Translations under genes and position numbers: made by a program | DNA from: an uncultured bacterium | GTDB taxonomy: Bacteria > Zixibacteria > MSB-5A5 > CAIYYT01 | Reading direction: 5' to 3' | Assembly: GCA_903930455.1 (NCBI GenBank) | Contig: CAIYYT010000002.1 | Location: forward strand, 6,479-70,478 | DNA: 64,000 bases | The notes under the pieces: model-generated | Seen by the model: only the letters and a program-made list of their open reading frames with translations | The model's database searches: none | Told to the model about the DNA's origin: nothing | In this document: one piece after another, positions 58,643 to 64,000 of the stretch | Layout of the letters: every line of letters begins with the position of its first letter | Position numbering within the stretch: position 1 is the stretch's first letter

Positions 58643-59617
58643 TTAACTACTTCTAACATTTTTCGTTGTACTTTTGGCATTTTGAGTCCAGATAGCTTGG
58701 GTTAGAGCTTCCGTTCTTGCAAAATAGAAGATCAGATAGAGTACCACTAAATGGAAGAAATATCTGAAATTCTTGTACTGCAGAATTCGGTACAAAGCAG
58801 TAGCAACCGGCACCCACAAGAACAGGGCCGGAATCACCGTGGGGTTGAGAGTTCCCACCTCAACAAAGTACACAGCGAATACCGTCGCAAGCGCACTCAG
58901 AAGAAAGAGAACATGCATGATCATCGGTTTGTCTAGTCGAGTACCTATTCCCAACTTGAAACCTCCAATTGCGTGCCACTTCTTTTGACGATAAAACTGT
59001 CTTAACGTCTCTGGAACTCCCAAGTTAATGACGCGAACATCTGGGTTCTCGATGATAATGAAACCCGCGAGGTTTATCTTCAGGCCAATATCAGAATCCT
59101 CATCTGTCACTAGTTCATCATCAAATCCCTCGATCGATTCAAAAACCTGTCTTTTCACAACAAGATTTGCTGAGTTAAGATAGTGAACAGCTGTTTGATG
59201 GCGCACGCGAGACGATTGCCACGCCCGGACCATCCAGTTGGCATCAAGGGGTGGATCACACGTTGACCCGGTCGCACCTACATTATCGTCTCCCAACGTT
59301 GTTTCTACCGACTGTCTCCAGTCCTTGCACAACAGACAGTCACTATCAATGAACGCAAAGATATCTCCTTTAGCGGCATTAGCGCCGCGATTTCGCAAAG
59401 CTCCAATAGTGATGTCAGGATATTGAAGTATCCTCACACTTGGATAACCTCGTACAATAGATAGGGTAGTATCAGTCGAACCGTTATCGACGACAATGAT
59501 CTCGTCTTCGGGCGCCATCTCACTACAAATGTGACCTAAACAGCCCTTGATATATTTTTCACCATTAAGAACCGGTATTATAAAACTTATCGTAATTCTA
59601 CTTGGGTCGAGATTCAT
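58643..59617 (-). CDS. Glycosyltransferase family 2 with C-terminal TM helices. ATG 59617; a GTG at 59638 is the alternative.
   Basis: ISFIIPVLNGEKYI...EIIVVDNGSTDTT...AFIDSDCLL (DxD). Confidence 0.85.
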   Translation of the reverse strand: MNLDPSRITISFIIPVLNGEKYIKGCLGHICSEMAPEDEIIVVDNGSTDTTLSIVRGYPSVRILQYPDITIGALRNRGANAAKGDIFAFIDSDCLLCKDWRQSVETTLGDDNVGATGSTCDPPLDANWMVRAWQSSRVRHQTAVHYLNSANLVVKRQVFESIEGFDDELVTDEDSDIGLKINLAGFIIIENPDVRVINLGVPETLRQFYRQKKWHAIGGFKLGIGTRLDKPMIMHVLFLLSALATVFAVYFVEVGTLNPTVIPALFLWVPVATALYRILQYKNFRYFFHLVVLYLIFYFARTEALTQAIWTQNAKSTTKNVRSS

Positions 59618-59709
59618 CGAATATGCTATCCTTGCCACGCCTTCACGTTATTCAAAATACTAACACTCATTCTCAGCTACGGTGTAGCGCGATATGTGAC
59701 CTCGGGAGG

Positions 59710-60483
59710 TTAATCCCCCCTTGATTCTGCCGGACTCAGGTGCCACTTGAGAACACGCAACAGGTTCAAGGAAAACTCTAACAGCGCCAATGATCTGTTT
59801 CTGCGTCGCAGAAAGCGACGATGTGGCTGACATTCTAAAAATGGACTCCAGCAAACAAACTTCCCCTGTCGTAAAACTTCCACAATCCCGTCATTGCTAC
59901 AGCTTACACCACTGAGCTTCAGTCCCATATTGGCATACCCTTTTTGCCGATGAAAACCAAGGTCGAAAGAGACATAGATTTTCGGGTTGGTCTTGCGAAA
60001 AGAGCAGAACCGGTTAACAGATTTCATCTGAGGAAGATACAGACTGTCCACGGCTCGATTCCAGATTTCCGCGCCATCAAGCTTCTCGATCCAAACATCC
60101 CTGAACATACACTCTTCGGATTTCGAAGGATGGGACAAAACCGCCACCCCTCCATAAGCGTGGATATAGTCGCTGACACAGCCCGGATTTGTATCTTTTG
60201 TCATCGAATTGATCCCTATTCCCATGATATGAATTTCTCCGTCACAGGAGTACTCGAGGCCAGGAATAAACTTAAACTCTTCGTCGGATAGCTTCGCACA
60301 TTGCTCCAGTAGAGTTTCAAATTGAGCCGGCGTAACGTCTTGAAAATGATCAGTCAGACAGACGAAATGAAATCCATGATCTTGGAAGAAGATCTTCAGC
60401 TCGGAAAGCGTATGAACACCATCGTGGGACAATTGCGTGTGAACATGAACCGCACCCTTCAAGCTTCTCTTGTCGTTTGTCAC
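59710..60483 (-). CDS. PHP-domain phosphoesterase (CpsB/CapC-type capsular polysaccharide tyrosine-phosphatase-like). Its GTG start overlaps the upstream TGA (GTGA).
   Basis: N-terminal VHVHTQLSHDG (PHP H-x-H). ...CLTDHF...HIMGIGIN. Confidence 0.75.
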   Translation of the reverse strand: MTNDKRSLKGAVHVHTQLSHDGVHTLSELKIFFQDHGFHFVCLTDHFQDVTPAQFETLLEQCAKLSDEEFKFIPGLEYSCDGEIHIMGIGINSMTKDTNPGCVSDYIHAYGGVAVLSHPSKSEECMFRDVWIEKLDGAEIWNRAVDSLYLPQMKSVNRFCSFRKTNPKIYVSFDLGFHRQKGYANMGLKLSGVSCSNDGIVEVLRQGKFVCWSPFLECQPHRRFLRRRNRSLALLEFSLNLLRVLKWHLSPAESRGD

Positions 60484-61712
60484 CGGCGTCCTTTCAGTTT
60501 CCCAATTACCGAGGCCAGATAGTCCCTCAATTCTCTTCGGGCCGGCCCCAAGTCATCAACGTGCAACATTTCGTTCTTTGATGAACTCCAAGTTTCCTTA
60601 ACGAAGTCCACTAGAACGCCGATTCGCCCGGGATAGTCACGCGATAGCGACAGCGTCTTCCGTCGGTGCAACCATATAATGAGTAGATGATCGACGTCGC
60701 CCAGGTACCAGCGCGACTGAAGACCGATAGGATAAGTTTCGGGAAACACTGGCGAAACCTTCTGACTGACTTGATAGAGCCAGTACGGGAAATCCATCCC
60801 ACAATCAATGGCAAGTTGTAGCGATCCCCAAAATCGACCGTTAATCTCCATCAGTTTGGGCGTGTTGTCGCGTGCGTCCAGTTTGAACTCGACCATTGCC
60901 ACGCCGGTCCAATTCAAGGCTTTCAGCAGTTTGCAACTATACGTGGATAGACGGTCATCAAGTTGAGCTGATTCTCTAAGCACGCTCACACCACCTGACG
61001 GCGGCTTTTCTCTCAATCGACGATGGGCAAACAATGCTAACGGTTCGCCGCGAAGACACAGAGCAAACAGGCCGCATCCAGATCCTTCGATCCGCTCCTG
61101 AACAATCGGAGCCGGCATGTTGGCATGACTCTCGGCGAATTTCGCAATCAGTTCATCCCGGGAATTAGCATATTGGACATGACCATTAGCAAACGAGTTC
61201 CCGATTCGCATTCGCGACCGGCGAGCCTTGAGCACAACAGGATACTGCAGGTTGACAGCGACGGTTTCAAGTTGCGCAGTGTCGTTCGGGAACAACGTGG
61301 CAGGTACGGGAATGCCGAGAGACTGAGCCAGCTTGATGAGTTCTGCTTTGTCCGAAGCAAGCGAATAAGCGTCGCCATCCGGTAGAGCAACAGAAAGTAA
61401 CGGACGCAGTTGTTCAATAATCTCCGCGGTTAGAGTACAGGCAAGATCAGTCATTGGAATAAGCAGCTTGTAACTATGCCTCTTGACGTGCTCTAACAAA
61501 GCTTGCTGAAATCCGATCGGATCCGACACCGGTGAAGGGTACACAAACTGGCCAGAGCAAAACTTTGAACAGGCAGCGAGGCTCTTGTCTCGCCGCTCGC
61601 CCACAATCACTTGTAGTCCCTTTCGACCCAGTGAGCGAACAACGGCTACGGTGGCTCGTTGATCGCCGTCGGTTACCAGCACATCCATAAAAGACAAGTT
61701 GCCTTTGTTCAT
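60480..61712 (-). CDS. ATP-grasp domain ligase (carboxylate-amine ligase).
   Basis: ...YPVVLKARRS...IVQERIEGSGCGLFALCLRGEPLALFAHRRLRE...LMEINGRFWGSLQL (ATP-grasp C-terminal E-x-N motif). Confidence 0.75.
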   Translation of the reverse strand: MNKGNLSFMDVLVTDGDQRATVAVVRSLGRKGLQVIVGERRDKSLAACSKFCSGQFVYPSPVSDPIGFQQALLEHVKRHSYKLLIPMTDLACTLTAEIIEQLRPLLSVALPDGDAYSLASDKAELIKLAQSLGIPVPATLFPNDTAQLETVAVNLQYPVVLKARRSRMRIGNSFANGHVQYANSRDELIAKFAESHANMPAPIVQERIEGSGCGLFALCLRGEPLALFAHRRLREKPPSGGVSVLRESAQLDDRLSTYSCKLLKALNWTGVAMVEFKLDARDNTPKLMEINGRFWGSLQLAIDCGMDFPYWLYQVSQKVSPVFPETYPIGLQSRWYLGDVDHLLIIWLHRRKTLSLSRDYPGRIGVLVDFVKETWSSSKNEMLHVDDLGPARRELRDYLASVIGKLKGRR

Positions 61713-61775
61713 AACATCCAGATTGGCATCGGAGAAACTACTTCCATTTTCCTCGACGTTTCCATGATCATTATG

Positions 61776-62816
61776 TTACTTCTTGTAGATAAACAAGAAT
61801 GAATGACAGAAGAACCCCTTGCCCTCCAACGCCGTTAGCCATCGTAAAAGAGTACAATGGAACCATTTCCTAGTTCCGAAGGGCAATTCATGAATTTTGC
61901 TACTAAGATGCTTGACAATTTCAATTTTGTTCAGCTTAACAAAATCTACGGGATGGCGGTAATTGGGCCAGGGATGATACTCACTCTCCTGCGAATAGCC
62001 GGCGTTTTTTAACATATCTCGGTACCCTGATAACGAGTGGGTATGCATGAAATAATCCTTGCCGGTTCGCAATTTGAAATAGGATTGTGCCATCCATCGC
62101 GGCATAAGGCTGGTAAATCGAATGAAGCTGTGGTCATCCGCCTGTCCAAGAAAATAGCGCAGGCTAAATCTGTTCTCAATCCCAATGTAGATTAGTCCTC
62201 CGGACACCAAAACCCTGTAAGCTTCCCTTAACGCTTGCATCTGAATATCCATTGGAGTTCTTTTCGTGTCATCGCCACCGAGCCACTCTAACACACCATT
62301 AAAAATGACAATATCAAAAGACTCTGAAGGATATGGAAGAGCCATAGCCGACGCGAGGGCCGTACTAATGTTAAACAAGCCACACTCTTCTGCTCTCAAT
62401 TGAACAAATTTTACACGTTCAATGGTTGCATCAATCGCAGTAACATGTTTGATATTCCGGGCAATGGGTATTGTATTTGTGCCCCATCCACAGCCAACAT
62501 CCAGTACTTTGGTATTCGTATCCAAGGGTAGGAGGTTAATCCATTTTGCGCGATTTTCGTCCAGTGCATAGTCCTGTATCCAAGGATCATCTATGACAAC
62601 AGAGATTGCGTTCCGATACCCGGAGGTCTTGGCCAGTTCAATTAGCCTTGTCATTCGCTCCCGATCGATCTCGCCATAGTAATTATCAATATTGTAGAAA
62701 ACAGGAATGCTTTCAATCAACGGGAAACTAACAGAACATGATGTGCAGCGAAGCGATTTCCCTAAGTCTTGAATTGATCCTCGACAGACAGGACAACTAT
62801 ATATTTGAGAAGTCAT
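61776..62816 (-). CDS. Class I SAM-dependent methyltransferase with an N-terminal Cys4 zinc-ribbon.
   Basis: CPVCRGS...CTSC ribbon. Motif I VLDVGCGWGTN. Post-I DIVIFNGVLEWL. Confidence 0.85.
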   Translation of the reverse strand: MTSQIYSCPVCRGSIQDLGKSLRCTSCSVSFPLIESIPVFYNIDNYYGEIDRERMTRLIELAKTSGYRNAISVVIDDPWIQDYALDENRAKWINLLPLDTNTKVLDVGCGWGTNTIPIARNIKHVTAIDATIERVKFVQLRAEECGLFNISTALASAMALPYPSESFDIVIFNGVLEWLGGDDTKRTPMDIQMQALREAYRVLVSGGLIYIGIENRFSLRYFLGQADDHSFIRFTSLMPRWMAQSYFKLRTGKDYFMHTHSLSGYRDMLKNAGYSQESEYHPWPNYRHPVDFVKLNKIEIVKHLSSKIHELPFGTRKWFHCTLLRWLTALEGKGFFCHSFLFIYKK

Positions 62817-62924
62817 ATGTAGCCTTTCTTTGAACGTTGATCGACGGTTCCGACATCAATCTCTTGCCCATATCTCCCACGTATTCCTTAATTTCAAAAC
62901 AGTCAGGACTTCCGATCATTGACC

Positions 62925-63107
62925 TTATTTATGGACGCTGGTCACATAGTACTTCTCGATCGTTTCGCGAGCCACTTCTTCCAGCCCAAGCATGAGCTTG
63001 CACTCTTCAATCTGGACCTCGTCGCGAGCAACGATCCCAATGTAATGCAGGCGAAGATTATTCCCCAAAGCATTCATGTGTCGTTCCACTTGCCTTATAT
63101 CGGTCAT
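62925..63107 (-). pseudogene. Truncated VOC/glyoxalase-family fragment: only the N-terminal beta-alpha-beta-beta-beta module (about 60 aa).
   Basis: MTDIRQVERHMNALGNNLRLHYIGIVARDEVQIEECKLMLGLEEVARETIEKYYV resembles the N-terminus of glyoxalase/methylmalonyl-CoA epimerase (HIGIAV.DLE...Y...LGF). No room for the second half before the next gene. Confidence 0.25.
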
Positions 63108-63254
63108 TCTTGGCAAGCCGACAGTCGCCAGCGATATCGCACGCAAGGTCGTTGTTGTCAATTGGAAGGCGAAAATAAATAAAAACATGAATTGCAGGTC
63201 GTTGTTACAATAACAAAAAATATACACAAGATCTGTTGAGACCGATCGTTAAAA

Positions 63255-64000
63255 TCAGGCGCCCCTTCTGAACAGCGACTTGATGGCTCGGCGGCTATCC
63301 AAAAGTCCCTTAGTCAGGCGGCCCGGAAGCTTGGCCAGCAAAGAGAAAGAGAGAGGAGCATTCTCTACATCTGATAGTTCTTTGCGGGCATCCCTAGCAT
63401 TGCCCCTCAGAAGCAGCCTTCCTATCCAGAGGAGTTGTTCTTCTCTGAGCCGCTGCCGGTATAATGCATCGTGCTCTCGCAAAAATTCCGGGTCGGCGCC
63501 CCAGACTCTCCGCAAAATACGGATTCTCGAAGAAGCAACGTCAGACAGATCGAGGTCAATGAGTTGCTGTCCTGAGTGATGATACACCAAGGCAGTTTCG
63601 CAATGCAGATAGACGCCTATGCCTGCGCGCGCCAGTCGAGCGCTACACTCCCATTCCTCGGCAGTCGGCGTATCCTCTGCGAACCGCAGATTGTCACCGG
63701 CTTCCAGCCGCCTCACAATCAGAGTGTTAACGGAGACATAACTAGTATAACACTGCGACCGATAGAGATTGTCTCCTTCAAAGCACATACAGTCTTGCAT
63801 CCCACTTGGAAGCGCTATGAACGACGAAACCGGCCTCGATGCCCCCATGATCTCGTGCCAGTCTAATTCCGGGCCATCGTGAGGCTTCAGTGCAAAATGA
63901 CGGATAGAGCCATCTCTGAAACGGCTGGCATAATTCGTGAAACAGAACAACAGTTCGGGCCGAGCTGCCATAAAAGACCGTAGGAGCAAGAGATGTCCGG
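63255..64000 (-). CDS. C-terminal part of a glycosyltransferase-like protein. The N-terminus lies beyond the window end.
   Basis: ORF reaches the window edge. ...FAEDTPTAEEWECSARLARAGIGVYL... resembles the acceptor-side (ED/QxxRW-like) region of GT2 enzymes. Weak. Confidence 0.4.
   Translation of the reverse strand, partial: GHLLLLRSFMAARPELLFCFTNYASRFRDGSIRHFALKPHDGPELDWHEIMGASRPVSSFIALPSGMQDCMCFEGDNLYRSQCYTSYVSVNTLIVRRLEAGDNLRFAEDTPTAEEWECSARLARAGIGVYLHCETALVYHHSGQQLIDLDLSDVASSRIRILRRVWGADPEFLREHDALYRQRLREEQLLWIGRLLLRGNARDARKELSDVENAPLSFSLLAKLPGRLTKGLLDSRRAIKSLFRRGA

Noticed and set aside
1-64000. CRISPR array or other long tandem DNA repeats.
   Set aside because: No regularly spaced direct repeats of 25-40 bp were seen. 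The only extended tandem repeats are at protein level, inside the beta-propeller and SBBP genes.

Overview
This 64-kb window is an exopolysaccharide (EPS) / PEP-CTERM-type cell-surface biosynthesis locus, almost entirely on the minus strand, interrupted by an accessory island of about 16 kb. By reading of the translations, the core locus encodes: (i) a polyprenyl-phosphate sugar transferase; (ii) a Wzx-like flippase, a Wzz-like chain-length determinant and a Wzy/O-antigen-ligase-like protein; (iii) several GT2 and GT4 glycosyltransferases; (iv) two NodB polysaccharide deacetylases, two FemAB-like acyltransferases, a hexapeptide acetyltransferase and a DegT aminotransferase; (v) the amidotransferase-type set of asparagine synthase, an acyl-CoA ligase plus acyl carrier protein, and NadE; (vi) CapA, a PHP phosphoesterase, a PaaK/CapK-like adenylating enzyme, an ATP-grasp ligase and methyltransferases; (vii) three PEP-CTERM-tailed secreted proteins; (viii) a giant 1904-aa lectin/adhesin with a T9SS C-terminal sorting domain; and (ix) a large beta-helix/Calx-beta/FN3/discoidin protein embedded in the glycosyltransferase operon. 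No exosortase gene is visible in the window. The island (about 8.3-24.5 kb) contains: a HerA/FtsK-like ATPase fused to a winged helix and a PD-(D/E)xK nuclease-like C-terminus, translationally coupled to a small unknown partner; two paralogous secreted repeat proteins with a near-identical TTG start, leader and promoter but different passengers (a beta-propeller repeat protein with a T9SS tail, and an SBBP-repeat protein with a dockerin); a three-gene cluster of a DUF2201-type vWA/metallopeptidase-like protein, a MoxR AAA+ ATPase and a 459-aa unknown protein with a SAP-like motif; a 93-nt perfect homopurine tract; iteron-like repeats next to a replication-relaxation (Replic_Relax) family gene; and a hybrid pseudo-ORF junction suggesting a past segmental duplication. 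Elsewhere there are a frameshifted IS-type DDE transposase remnant, a SAM methyltransferase interrupted by a single in-frame TGA, and a truncated VOC-family fragment. No tRNA, rRNA or CRISPR array was recognised. The T9SS tails suggest an FCB-group or candidate-phylum origin. All calls rest on reading the supplied translations and the DNA by eye; no database search was possible.
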